Source of the DNA: Holosporales bacterium
Lineage (GTDB): Bacteria; Pseudomonadota; Alphaproteobacteria; RUG11792
DNA: 29,984 bases
Direction of reading: 5' to 3'
Assembly (NCBI GenBank): GCA_031286725.1
Contig: JAITTR010000088.1
Coordinates: forward strand, 1 to 29,984
Shown here: positions 9,261 through 18,343 of the stretch, one piece after another
Numbering within the stretch: position 1 is the first letter of the stretch
Layout: each line of letters opens with the position of its first letter
The notes under the pieces: generated by a model
What the model saw: only the letters and a program-made list of their open reading frames with translations
Told to the model about the DNA's origin: nothing
Databases searched by the model: none
Made by a program: the position numbers and the translations under genes

Positions 9261-9588
9261 CTTGTCAAGGTGGAGAGCGAGCAAAGCGAGCGGACCTTGA
9301 CAAATCTTCAGGGCGGATATGGTAAAATCGAAGAATACCATATTCGCCCTTTTGGAAAACGTATTAGCCCCACGCTCTTATTCGTTAAATGAAATCTATT
9401 AGAGTCTTCTAAGAATTTATTAGTATTAAACAACATGTTATGTTTTCCTTTCAAATAAAGATTGATTATAAGGTATTCAAATTAGGTTTGATATAGACGG
9501 CCAACTTCCCCGCCTATATTTTTAGGATACCTTATTGCTTCCATGAAATACAAAAACTTTTTTGTCCCCTAAAATTTTATGCGAATTT
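9261..9588. repeat. Full copy (R1) of the dispersed repeat unit: double hairpin + small ORF + upstream block
   Basis: Hairpin 1 TTGTCAAGGT/ACCTTGACAA (9262-9271/9294-9303); hairpin 2 AGGGCGGATATGGTA/TACCATATTCGCCCT (9310-9324/9336-9350); blocks 9411-9470 and 9485-9588 align with 23482-23540 and 23593-23696. Confidence 0.9.
9308..9436 (-). CDS. Repeat-borne small ORF, 42 aa (MLFNTNKFLEDSNRFHLTNKSVGLIRFPKGRIWYSSILPYPP)
   Basis: AAGGAAAACATAAC-ATG start context; same start and same stop position as its paralogue at 23343-23507. Below the ORF-track size cutoff and read manually. Confidence 0.5.
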   Translation of the reverse strand: MLFNTNKFLEDSNRFHLTNKSVGLIRFPKGRIWYSSILPYPP

Positions 9589-9675
9589 TAACAATTAAGA
9601 GAACAACAAGACTTATTTTGGATAGGCGATAAATGTGTTATCATAAAAAAAGACGGTTGGTTTTTCCTAGTTATT

Positions 9676-10179
9676 ATGAGAGAAGAGAAAAAGACTGAAA
9701 AGTTAGACGAAAGCGGACAAGAGCCTATTGAAAATAATGCGGAAGATCTTCGAGCGAAAGCGTCAGATTTAGAGGACAAGTTATTACGTTCCGTTGCCGA
9801 AAATCAGAATTTAAGGAAAATATGCGAAAAAGAAAAAGCTGATATATCCAAATATTGTATTTCGGCTTTCGCAAAAGATATATTAATTGTTAGGGACAAT
9901 TTAAGCCTAGCGCTTTCAAACTGCGATAAAGATAACAATATTGTCGAAGGCGTGAGATTGACTCTTGCGGAATTAGACCGAATTCTCGAATCTTATGGAA
10001 TAAAAATAATAGAAGCCTTAGGGAAAGAATTTGATCCGAACATTCATCAGGCGATAATTGAGATAGAGGATAACGCAAAATCTCCCGGGATTGTTGTCAA
10101 AGTTATGCAAGAGGGATTTATTATCAACGGAAGGTTATTGCGTCCGGCTCTTGTCGGAGTTTCTAAAAAGTGCTCTTGA
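9676..10179 (+). CDS. grpE: Nucleotide exchange factor GrpE
   Basis: LLRSVAENQNLRK, FAKDIL.V.DNL..AL, FDPNIHQAI, V.KVMQEGF.INGRLLRPALVGVSK. Confidence 0.97.
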   Translation: MREEKKTEKLDESGQEPIENNAEDLRAKASDLEDKLLRSVAENQNLRKICEKEKADISKYCISAFAKDILIVRDNLSLALSNCDKDNNIVEGVRLTLAELDRILESYGIKIIEALGKEFDPNIHQAIIEIEDNAKSPGIVVKVMQEGFIINGRLLRPALVGVSKKCS

Positions 10180-11525
10180 AGTTGTTTAATACTCTATCAG
10201 GGAAAAAAGAAATTTTTAAGCCGATAAGCGAAAACAATATAAAAATGTATGTTTGCGGGCCGACTGTATATGACAAGGCTCATATTGGAAACGCTAGGCC
10301 GGCAGTTGTTTTTGACGTTTTATACAGAATATTAAAATATATATACCCAAAAGTTACTTATGTCAGGAATATAACGGATATAGACGATAAAATATATCAG
10401 GCCGCTATTAAAAAGAATGTTGCGATACATGAACTTACGGGAAAAAATACCAAAGAATATCATGAGGATATTTCGAAACTCAACGTTTTGGCGGTTGACA
10501 TAGAACCGAAAGCGACTGAGCATATTCCAGATATTATACAATTTATAGAAAAACTAATAGAAAACGGGAACGCTTATTTGGCCGATAACCACGTATATTT
10601 TGACGTTTCTTCATTTGAAAATTATGGAAAACTTTCCAAGAAAAATATTGAGGAATTAAAAGAAGGAGCGAGAATCGAAGTTTCCGAGTCGAAAAGAAAC
10701 CCAATGGATTTCGTCCTTTGGAAACCTGTCGACGAAAAATTTAATTTCGGATGGGAAAGCCCATGGGGAAAAGGGCGGCCGGGATGGCACATAGAATGTT
10801 CCGCAATGTCTTCAAAATATTTGGGAGAGATTTTTGACATACATGGCGGAGGCATAGATTTGGTATTTCCGCATCATGAAAATGAAATTGCTCAATCTTG
10901 CGCGATAAATAGAAGAGAAACAATTGCAAATTATTGGATGCATAACGGACATTTAAACGTTAACGGAACAAAAATGTCAAAGTCTCTAGGAAGTTTCTTT
11001 ACGGTTAACGAATTATTAGAAAAATTCGACGGAGAAACGCTTCGAATGGCTTTTCTAATGACGCATTACGCTTCTCCTATGGACTTTTCTATGGAGACTC
11101 TAAAACAAGCTAATAACATACTTAATAGATGGCAAAACGCAATCAAAAGCATAGAAATAGAGGACTCCGCGGAGATTGCTCAAGACGTTCTAGCCGCTCT
11201 TTTGGATGACATGAATACTCCAAAAGCTATAGCTTTACTTTCCGAAACAGTTGACAAAATAAATAAAGGCGACATAAAATTAGCGACCGTATTTATAAAT
11301 ACCTGCCGAAAACTTTTGGGGATATTAACGAAGAATCCAAAAGATTGGTTTTGTTCTGTATCGCCTGAAAAGAAAAAATGGTTAGAGGAAAAAATAAGAC
11401 AAAGGCAAATAGCGAAAGACAAAAAGGATTACAAATTAGCTGACGAAATTAGGAGCGAGTTGGCGGATTGCGGAATAATAATTGAGGATACGAAGAATGG
11501 GGTTGATTGGAAAACTAAACTCTAA
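10170..11525 (+). CDS. cysS: Cysteine--tRNA ligase
   Basis: MYVCGPTVYD.AHIGN (HIGH), DFVLWK, GRPGWHIECSAM, DIHGGGIDLVFPHHENE, KMSKS. Confidence 0.99.
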   Translation: MLLKLFNTLSGKKEIFKPISENNIKMYVCGPTVYDKAHIGNARPAVVFDVLYRILKYIYPKVTYVRNITDIDDKIYQAAIKKNVAIHELTGKNTKEYHEDISKLNVLAVDIEPKATEHIPDIIQFIEKLIENGNAYLADNHVYFDVSSFENYGKLSKKNIEELKEGARIEVSESKRNPMDFVLWKPVDEKFNFGWESPWGKGRPGWHIECSAMSSKYLGEIFDIHGGGIDLVFPHHENEIAQSCAINRRETIANYWMHNGHLNVNGTKMSKSLGSFFTVNELLEKFDGETLRMAFLMTHYASPMDFSMETLKQANNILNRWQNAIKSIEIEDSAEIAQDVLAALLDDMNTPKAIALLSETVDKINKGDIKLATVFINTCRKLLGILTKNPKDWFCSVSPEKKKWLEEKIRQRQIAKDKKDYKLADEIRSELADCGIIIEDTKNGVDWKTKL

Positions 11526-12024
11526 AAACTTTACTCTTTTTATAATTTCTTTCTTTGGCATAGGATTAATTTCAAGAAAAATGCCTGGGACCGTCGGTTC
11601 CGCTTTCGCGACTTTTCTTTCTATATTTTTAGTCAAAAATCCTAATACTCTACTACTTTTACTCATTGCCTTTTTTATTGCCGGAGTTATATTATGCGAT
11701 TATTTTGTAGTAAAAATGGAATTCGCTCAAAACAAAGATCCTGGTTATATAGTCATAGACGAAGTTTGCGGTATATTATTAGGAACGTATTTCTTGCAAA
11801 TATTTGGATATGCTTCGGCATTCTCGTTGATTACAAATTTTGCTATATTTAGATTTTTCGATATTTTAAAGCCGCCTCCTATAAAAAATATTGAAAACGC
11901 AATGAAAAACAACCAAAAAACAATAGCTCTTGGAATAATGCTTGACGACATATTAGCTTCGCTTTTCGCTACTGTATCTCAGATACTAATTCTCAAAATA
12001 ATTAATTTGTTGTATAATCCTTAA
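11497..12024 (+). CDS. pgpA: Phosphatidylglycerophosphatase A
   Basis: GIG.I..MPGTVGS, KDPG.IVIDEVCG, FRFFDILKP.PI, GIMLDDILA. Confidence 0.93.
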   Translation: MGLIGKLNSKNFTLFIISFFGIGLISRKMPGTVGSAFATFLSIFLVKNPNTLLLLLIAFFIAGVILCDYFVVKMEFAQNKDPGYIVIDEVCGILLGTYFLQIFGYASAFSLITNFAIFRFFDILKPPPIKNIENAMKNNQKTIALGIMLDDILASLFATVSQILILKIINLLYNP

Positions 12025-12049
12025 GCTTCTATATCTTCCGGCTATTTAG

Positions 12050-13837
12050 ATGACTAAAATAAAACTCTTAGACAACGAAATAATAAATCAAATAGCCGCT
12101 GGAGAAATAATCGAAAGGCCTGGCTCGGCATTGAAAGAGATAGTTGAAAATTCCATAGACGCTTCCGCGAAAAATATCGATATATTCCTAAAAAATGGAG
12201 GAAAATCAGGAATAATAGTAGAGGACGACGGAGTTGGGCTATCTAAAGAAGATTTGCAAATGTGTATAAAAAGACATGCGACTTCGAAACTTAGCGATAT
12301 TAATTTATTCAATATCAAAAGCTATGGGTTTCGGGGAGAAGCTATCCCGTCAATCGCATCCGTCAGCGCTTTTTCAATCGAATCGAAAGGATTTGGAATA
12401 TCCGTAAGATTCTCTAAGGAATCCGAAATTTTCCCTTCTCCAATTCAAAGAACAAAGGTTTGCGTTGAAGACTTATTTTCGTCTCTTCCCGTTAGGCTGA
12501 AGTTTTTAAAATCAGAACAAGCCGAATTTTTAAATTGCGTAAATATCATAGAAAATTTTGCTCTGACCAGAGCAAATACAAATTTTTCGCTCTCGACTGA
12601 TAAAAAAACAATACTTTTATTTAAAAACGATTCTGTTGAAGATAGATTATCCAGAATATTCGGAAGAGAAATGTTTAAAAAATCAATATATTTCGAAGAA
12701 AGCGACGATAAAATGAGAGTATACGGATATTTATTTCATCCGATGGATAATAGGTATTTTCAGACTTTTCAAAAAATATTCGTGAATAATAGATACGTAA
12801 AAGACAAAATAGTTTCCTCCGCAGTAAAAACCGCGTATAAAGACCTAATTCCATCTGGGCGATATGCCATAGCCGCGATATTTATAGAAATCGATCCTTT
12901 TTACGTCGACGTAAATATCTCGCCAACAAAATCGGAAATAAGATTCAGAGACGCTTATTATACTCAGAAATTTTTAACAGATGCTATTTCTAAAAATCTT
13001 AGGAAATTCGATAGGGTCGCGATCGATTTTAACGCTTCTTATATAAACAAGCCGAAGACAATAGAAAACGAAAATAACTCGCCTATAGTCATAGACGAAA
13101 AAGTTATGAATTTTTTAGGAAACAAACCCGTATTTAACGAAAATAATTTTAGCAAAACTATAGGAATAATCAATCAAATAGAGGAGGTTGAGCGAAAAGA
13201 AGGGAATCCTTTTGATAACCCGCAGAATATAGATGCTCCGCTTAAAGAAATAATAGAAACAAAAAGTAACTTTTTCGGAACGGCAGTTTGCCAAATCTTT
13301 AATTCGTATATAATTTCGGAGAAAGAAGACGAGATAATAATAATTGACCAACATGCGGTTCACGAGAAAATAACTCAGACAAAAATACTAAGCGAAATAA
13401 ACTCGAAAAATAAACAATATTTAATAACATCGGAAAGTATAGAACTAACCGAAAGTCAAATTAATTTTGCGGGGAAAATAATAGATATTTTACAAGATTG
13501 CGGATTTTCAATAAAAATAGTTCAAAAATCAATAATAATCTCCGCCATACCGACAGTTTTAAACGACCATGAAGCGAAGAGTTTCATAATAGACATATTA
13601 TCGTCAAACGAGGAATTCTCTGACGGAGTATTGATAATTGACATTATAAAAAAGAAAATCGCCAATAAAGCCTGCCACAACAGCATAAGATTCGGACGAA
13701 AATTATCAATTCAAGAAATGAACGAAATAATAATTCAAATGGAAAAAACCGATTCAATTCATCAATGCAACCACCACAGACCTTCATTCATCTCTATATC
13801 TAAATCCCGATTAGGAAAAATGTTCGAAAGAAATTAG
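12050..13837 (+). CDS. mutL: DNA mismatch repair protein MutL
   Basis: NQIAAGEIIERP.S.LKEIVENSIDA, RHATSK, GFRGEA, DVNISPTKSEIRF, C-terminal DQHA, ACH and CNH..RP motifs. Confidence 0.97.
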   Translation: MTKIKLLDNEIINQIAAGEIIERPGSALKEIVENSIDASAKNIDIFLKNGGKSGIIVEDDGVGLSKEDLQMCIKRHATSKLSDINLFNIKSYGFRGEAIPSIASVSAFSIESKGFGISVRFSKESEIFPSPIQRTKVCVEDLFSSLPVRLKFLKSEQAEFLNCVNIIENFALTRANTNFSLSTDKKTILLFKNDSVEDRLSRIFGREMFKKSIYFEESDDKMRVYGYLFHPMDNRYFQTFQKIFVNNRYVKDKIVSSAVKTAYKDLIPSGRYAIAAIFIEIDPFYVDVNISPTKSEIRFRDAYYTQKFLTDAISKNLRKFDRVAIDFNASYINKPKTIENENNSPIVIDEKVMNFLGNKPVFNENNFSKTIGIINQIEEVERKEGNPFDNPQNIDAPLKEIIETKSNFFGTAVCQIFNSYIISEKEDEIIIIDQHAVHEKITQTKILSEINSKNKQYLITSESIELTESQINFAGKIIDILQDCGFSIKIVQKSIIISAIPTVLNDHEAKSFIIDILSSNEEFSDGVLIIDIIKKKIANKACHNSIRFGRKLSIQEMNEIIIQMEKTDSIHQCNHHRPSFISISKSRLGKMFERN

Positions 13838-14039
13838 CGAGTTAATAGCTTCAGGAATTCGGAATAGTATTATGATTATTCTCGCTTTATTAAAAGGTTG
13901 AAAACATTAATTTATAGCTCTTTTACCCCAGATACAGAATGAGCGAAAAGTTTAACGTATTAACTATTTATTAATCAAATCATATTACAATATTAACATA
14001 AGGTTATGAATTGTCTGCAGTTTTTAGGAGACGTATACT

Positions 14040-15113
14040 ATGAATTATAAATTTTTAATATTTACCGGGACTATGTGTATCTGTTCTTGTCCTGCTTTTT
14101 CAGCCGTTTTGGAAGACGTTTCAGAGAATATTCCCGTTACGGAGCCAGCTCAAGTTGAACAACCGCCACAACTGGGCGCTTCGCAACGGGTGGGAATTGG
14201 TGGCAAAAAGAAAATAAGCAGATCAGTTTTTGATCAATTTAAAATCCCCGAGCAAAAACAAAGAACTTGCCAAGAAGCTTTAGATCAATCTATTGCGGAT
14301 GGAAGCGGCATATTGGACTTAAGCGCTACTACGGATTTTGCTCAAAACGGTTGGGCTGCGATCGAAGCGTTTTTAAGGAAAATAAAAGAAACTAATTCGT
14401 TTGGAACATATTCTAAAAATCTCAGCGTAGATTTATCAAAAACTAATGTTACTCCCGAAATATTATCAATGTTAATGGAGCGAGCAAAATTAGATGGCCT
14501 AACTTTAATTTTGAATCTTTATTATAACAAAACTATAGGCGACGAAACGATTGACGTTATTGGATCGTTCTCGAACATCTACTCTATCATATTACGCGGA
14601 ACGAATATTAGCGACGTAGGTATAGCTAAATTCAACGCGATTTTAGAAATGTCGGGGATTGGAGTATTGCATAGCGTAGACGTATCCGAGACGAATGTTT
14701 CTCCAGGCGGAGCTAAAGTTCTGGCAGAGCAGATGCAAAAAGCGATTGAGGCATGGAAAATTCAGAATCCCACCTCGACTTATAATATTAAGGGAGCTGG
14801 AGTTATTTACGAAGAATCTTCATTCGTAAAAGTCCCTCGTAAAAGACAGGGTCTAAAGCCAAATCTAGCGGTGCAAAATACGCAAACGCCTAGTTCGTCA
14901 ACTATTGTCGCTTCACCGTCTCAGCCAACAGAGCAGGGAATATCTTTGGAAAGCTCTACGGAAATTATTTCTGATCAACAACCTCTCCTCGAAGAGGCTC
15001 CGGAGTCCATAGCTTTGAACACTCAAGAAGTATTGGAACCGGCGGGTCTAAACGCGGAAGTTCCTATAACGGATCCAGGCGTTGGTTCTGAACTTGTTGA
15101 GGTATTAGAATGA
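14040..15113 (+). CDS. Exported leucine-rich-repeat (RNI-like) protein with a low-complexity acidic C-terminal tail
   Basis: Sec-like signal peptide (...CPAFSA). About 4-5 LRR-like units (LDLSAT, VDLSKTNVT, LNLYYNKTIGDE, IILRGTNISDVG, VDVSETNVSPGGAK). The tail is S/E/P-rich. Confidence 0.6.
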   Translation: MNYKFLIFTGTMCICSCPAFSAVLEDVSENIPVTEPAQVEQPPQLGASQRVGIGGKKKISRSVFDQFKIPEQKQRTCQEALDQSIADGSGILDLSATTDFAQNGWAAIEAFLRKIKETNSFGTYSKNLSVDLSKTNVTPEILSMLMERAKLDGLTLILNLYYNKTIGDETIDVIGSFSNIYSIILRGTNISDVGIAKFNAILEMSGIGVLHSVDVSETNVSPGGAKVLAEQMQKAIEAWKIQNPTSTYNIKGAGVIYEESSFVKVPRKRQGLKPNLAVQNTQTPSSSTIVASPSQPTEQGISLESSTEIISDQQPLLEEAPESIALNTQEVLEPAGLNAEVPITDPGVGSELVEVLE

Positions 15114-15431
15114 TTTGTTTTGGATAAGAACATAGAAAACCCAATATATTTCGATATATAGATGGGTGACTTAGGACGCGTACCAGCTTTGTGTACCAAC
15201 GCAGGTTTCCTCAAAATTCTGTGCATGGGAAATTTTATGTGCCGAATTCTTTGTCAAAAATTCAGGTTAATTAATCGCATAAATCTTGTTTCGCATATAT
15301 CTGAAGAAATTAAAAATACCCCTGTTTTTAATTTATATTCGAAACCGAAAGCTAATAAAATCAAGTAAAGTCGGTTTGTTACTTTTATTTAATTAGGCGA
15401 TTAATGCATTTAAGTAAACGCTTTAACATAA

Positions 15432-15704
15432 TTATAACCAACCCAGTGGGTTGATAAAGCCTTTTGCTTCCCCATCTATTGGGAAGCGCTTGTTCAATAA
15501 TAGGCATTCTAATTCTCGCGGTTTATTTAATAATTCCCTCTTTATTATGATATATATTTTCTCGTCGTAATTTGCTTTATACATTATTTCTATATATGCA
15601 TTATTTTCTTCGTCTATTATTTAGCTACATATTTTTACAGCTTTTGTTAATTCTACTAATTTAGATGTTTTTTTGTTGTTCTCTTCTTTTTCTCTTGTTA
15701 TCAT
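15432..15704 (-). pseudogene. Degraded phage/plasmid-type gene fragment (weakly DUF927-like)
   Basis: A ~90-codon frame with one in-frame TAA at 15621-15623: ...KAVKICS*IIDEENNAYIEIMYKANYDEKIYIIIKRELLNKPRELECLLLNKRFPI. The family resemblance is impressionistic. Confidence 0.3.
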
Positions 15705-15823
15705 TTTTACAAGATCCTTTCTGAAAGGGATTTTGTTTCAATAGCTATATCTAAAAAGTATAGCTTCCGAAAGAAAGGATCTCAATCGTTTTTTAGAATC
15801 CAGATAAACTATTTTGGGGACCT

Positions 15824-15884
15824 TGGGGGCAACTTAGGGGACGTTTTCCAACAGCAACCCATTGGATTTCCTAAGTTGCCCCCA
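15824..15884. repeat. Perfect 15-bp GC-rich inverted repeat (stem-loop) followed by a T tract
   Basis: TGGGGGCAACTTAGG (15824-15838) / CCTAAGTTGCCCCCA (15870-15884), an inner CCAA/TTGG pair, then TTTTTTT at 15894-15900. Confidence 0.9.
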
Positions 15885-16022
15885 TGGGCCCAGTTTTTTT
15901 AATCGAAAAATATTTTTATATATTTTTAAATTTTTTGTTTTTGCCTATATATTTTTTAATGTAGCTGGGTTATAGGGATAGGCACATCCCTATATAATAA
16001 CAGAAGGGTCTAATAAAAAAAG

Positions 16023-16211
16023 ATGGCAAAAATGAAAGTAAAAATATTAGCGTTAACTACGTTATTAGTAGCAACAGTAAATTGCATGGAAATAGCATTA
16101 CCAAAGATGGAGGAAACGCCGGAATTTCAGCAACAAATAAGATATTACGAAAAGTATATCGAGTGTTGGTTTGAGGAAAAAGAAGAAATGAAGAAAAATG
16201 TTCGGAATTGA
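16023..16211 (+). CDS. Small hypothetical exported protein (62 aa)
   Basis: Basic N-terminus plus hydrophobic stretch (KILALTTLLVATVNC), charged remainder; preceded by a 9-bp hairpin at 15971-15994. Confidence 0.45.
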   Translation: MAKMKVKILALTTLLVATVNCMEIALPKMEETPEFQQQIRYYEKYIECWFEEKEEMKKNVRN

Positions 16212-16561
16212 GTAGGATAGTAGTAATGGCACGGGATAGAGATAAGAGGGGGGATAGTTGTTTTGAGTCCAAGAATACTCTCTGAAGGGAAACGATTATA
16301 TAATAAAGGAAACAACAGAGCATTGTATGTTTGCGAAAGACGTAAGGAATGCTTTGTTAGAGATTGGTATTGATTTAGAAAGGGGATATGAAATGAAAAA
16401 AGTAAATGTAATGATAGGATAATAGGAAACCTAGGCATGATGATGCTAGTAGATAAAAGAAAAAATAACATAGAAAACGTAGCTGAGTACTTCAGTCATT
16501 GCGAATCGAAAAACATAGAAGAAAATGATAATAAAGAGTTAAGTATTCGCCTAAAGAAAAT

Positions 16562-16827
16562 CTATCTTAAGGATAAATCCTTATCCCATATCCTAAAATT
16601 ATCGTTACCATCTTGTCCTTCTCGATACTTCTTAATCTCTTTTGTAGCTACTCCTATTGTTAACAGAAATATCCTCGTATCTCTTCTTTAGTTCTGGAAA
16701 CTCTATTTGTAATATATGCGCATGTTCTACTCTTATGTTTCCTCTATTTTATATTGACATCTCATATTTAGAGCATACTTCTTGGATTATACTCTTCAGT
16801 ATGTATCCCTATTTGGTTACGTAAAAT
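16562..16827 (-). pseudogene. tnpA: IS200/IS605 TnpA (Y1 HUH transposase) remnant
   Basis: Across frameshifts and stops: ILRNQIGI / LKSIIQEVCSKYEMSI*NRGNIRVEHAHIL (HUH) / EFPELKKRY / RGYFC / TIGVATKEIKKYREGQ. There is an internal deletion between HUH and EFPELKK, and a small hairpin TAAGGA-TAAA-TCCTTA at the 3' end. Confidence 0.8.
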
Positions 16828-17124
16828 AGTTCCGTATGCTCCCTGCCTACCTAGTATTATACTATTTTCTTTCTATTCTAACATATCTGTAGAAGTAAGT
16901 ATAAAATGTGGGATAAACATGCTATGAAACGCTGTTTGGTATTCTGCTTAAGCAAAATATCTTCTTGCTCAGAACTTAAATTCCCACTCTACATAAATTA
17001 CAGAGCATACTTTTTCTTTGTTTTATATGTGGTATTATACTATATAAATGGGCGGGGAAAGGTAGACGCGCAAAAATGAGTACGCCAACAATTGATTACA
17101 ACTTAATTATGGAATTTGCGCGTT

Positions 17125-17535
17125 ATGAACAATGTAAGCGAGAAAGTCATGGAAGAAGACAAAATTAGATATTTAGAAGCGATACAAGGCACAATTAATC
17201 GGATGGCAAGCAATTCATTTGCCATCAAGAATTGGTTTGTAGTGTTGTTTGGGGGATTGTTGACAATTTTCTTTAAGCAACATGAAATTTGGGTTCCAAT
17301 TGTTGGTATTGTTATAACAATATTTTTTGCGACTCAGGATGCTTATTATTTGTATTTAGAAAGAAGCTATAGAAACCTGTATGCTTTAGCGTTGAAAGAC
17401 GAAGTTGAATTGTTCGATATGGATACAACAAAAGTAAGAACGCATGTTTTATACGTCAAATCTTTTGGGTCGTTTTCTATAATAATTTATTTTGTTTCTC
17501 TTTTGTGTTTTGCTATCTTATTATTTATAAAATAA
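17125..17535 (+). CDS. TIR-associated membrane protein (3 predicted TM), putative effector
   Basis: KIRYLEAIQGTINRMASNSFAIKNW...QDAYYLYLERSYRNLY...FDMDT fits a family I recognise as sitting next to TIR genes. Three hydrophobic segments. Alternative ATG at 17149. Confidence 0.75.
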   Translation: MNNVSEKVMEEDKIRYLEAIQGTINRMASNSFAIKNWFVVLFGGLLTIFFKQHEIWVPIVGIVITIFFATQDAYYLYLERSYRNLYALALKDEVELFDMDTTKVRTHVLYVKSFGSFSIIIYFVSLLCFAILLFIK

Positions 17536-17556
17536 GCAGTTTTGAGAGTACATTTA

Positions 17557-18102
17557 ATGAAAAGACAGGTATTTTTTAGTTTTCACTATAAAGCTGACGC
17601 GTGTCGCACTGGTCAAATTAGAAACATAGGAGTCCTAGAGGGCGGAAAAATAGTTTCTGATAATGATTGGGAAAAAGTAAGAGGAGGTAGTTATGATGAT
17701 ATTCAACGTTGGATTAATGAGCAGCTAGACAAAAGATCTTGCACAGTTGTTTTGATTGGGACAGAAACCGCTAACAGGGATTGGATTAAGTATGAAATAA
17801 TGAAAAGCTGGGAACTAGGTAAAGGGCTTGTTGGTATATATGTCCACAACTTAAAAGATCCGCAAACCGGCTGTTCTCAGAAAGGAAAAAATCCTTTTGA
17901 CAATGTTATTCTTCAGAATGGAGCTACGCTAAGTTCTGTCATAAAACCTTATGATCCACTACCATCTGATGCGTATAACTGTATAAAAAACAACATCGAG
18001 AGCTGGATAGAGGAAGCGATCGAAAGAAGGCCAAGAAACATCCAGTTAATGCAAAGTAGTAGGCAATATCTATGCGAGAAAATATTTAGGAATGGCATGT
18101 GA
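17557..18102 (+). CDS. ThsB-like TIR-domain protein (MTH538/DUF1863 type)
   Basis: VFFSFHY, CTVVLIG.ET.NR.WIKYEIMKSWELGKGLVGIYVH.LKD, KGKNPFD match Thoeris ThsB motifs; the catalytic Glu is intact (E80 from the ATG at 17557). Confidence 0.92.
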   Translation: MKRQVFFSFHYKADACRTGQIRNIGVLEGGKIVSDNDWEKVRGGSYDDIQRWINEQLDKRSCTVVLIGTETANRDWIKYEIMKSWELGKGLVGIYVHNLKDPQTGCSQKGKNPFDNVILQNGATLSSVIKPYDPLPSDAYNCIKNNIESWIEEAIERRPRNIQLMQSSRQYLCEKIFRNGM

Positions 18103-18343
18103 ATGTTAATTCTAAAGATGAGCAGAAGTATCAAGATACTTAAAAAGTATTGCTTAAACGCACGATCTGTACTAAACTGAATAAATAAGCGTTTTTTTAT
18201 ATAAAGTTATGGTTTGCAAATTCTTAAAATTTTCTAAATCATCTATTGGGCAAGCCAGTCGTATAACTTTATTTTCATCCCGATCTCGTCGCAATTAAAC
18301 GAAAAAATATTTTAGTTTTCTTTGATTTTTGAGGTTTTGGATT

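Noticed and set aside
13990-14010. CtrA box (TTAA-N7-TTAT) upstream of the LRR gene, and TTAA clusters near 15390-15430
   Set aside because: Imperfect or wrongly spaced, and expected by chance in DNA this AT-rich.
16437-16691. 84-aa ORF as a real gene
   Set aside because: It is chimeric: a purine-rich first half runs into the antisense strand of the tnpA remnant at about 16575.
15473-18250. CATCTATTGGG direct repeat at 15473-15483 and 18240-18250 as attL/attR of the island
   Set aside because: Only 11 bp, plausible by chance. The left copy lies inside a gene remnant that extends beyond it, and no integrase or tRNA is nearby.
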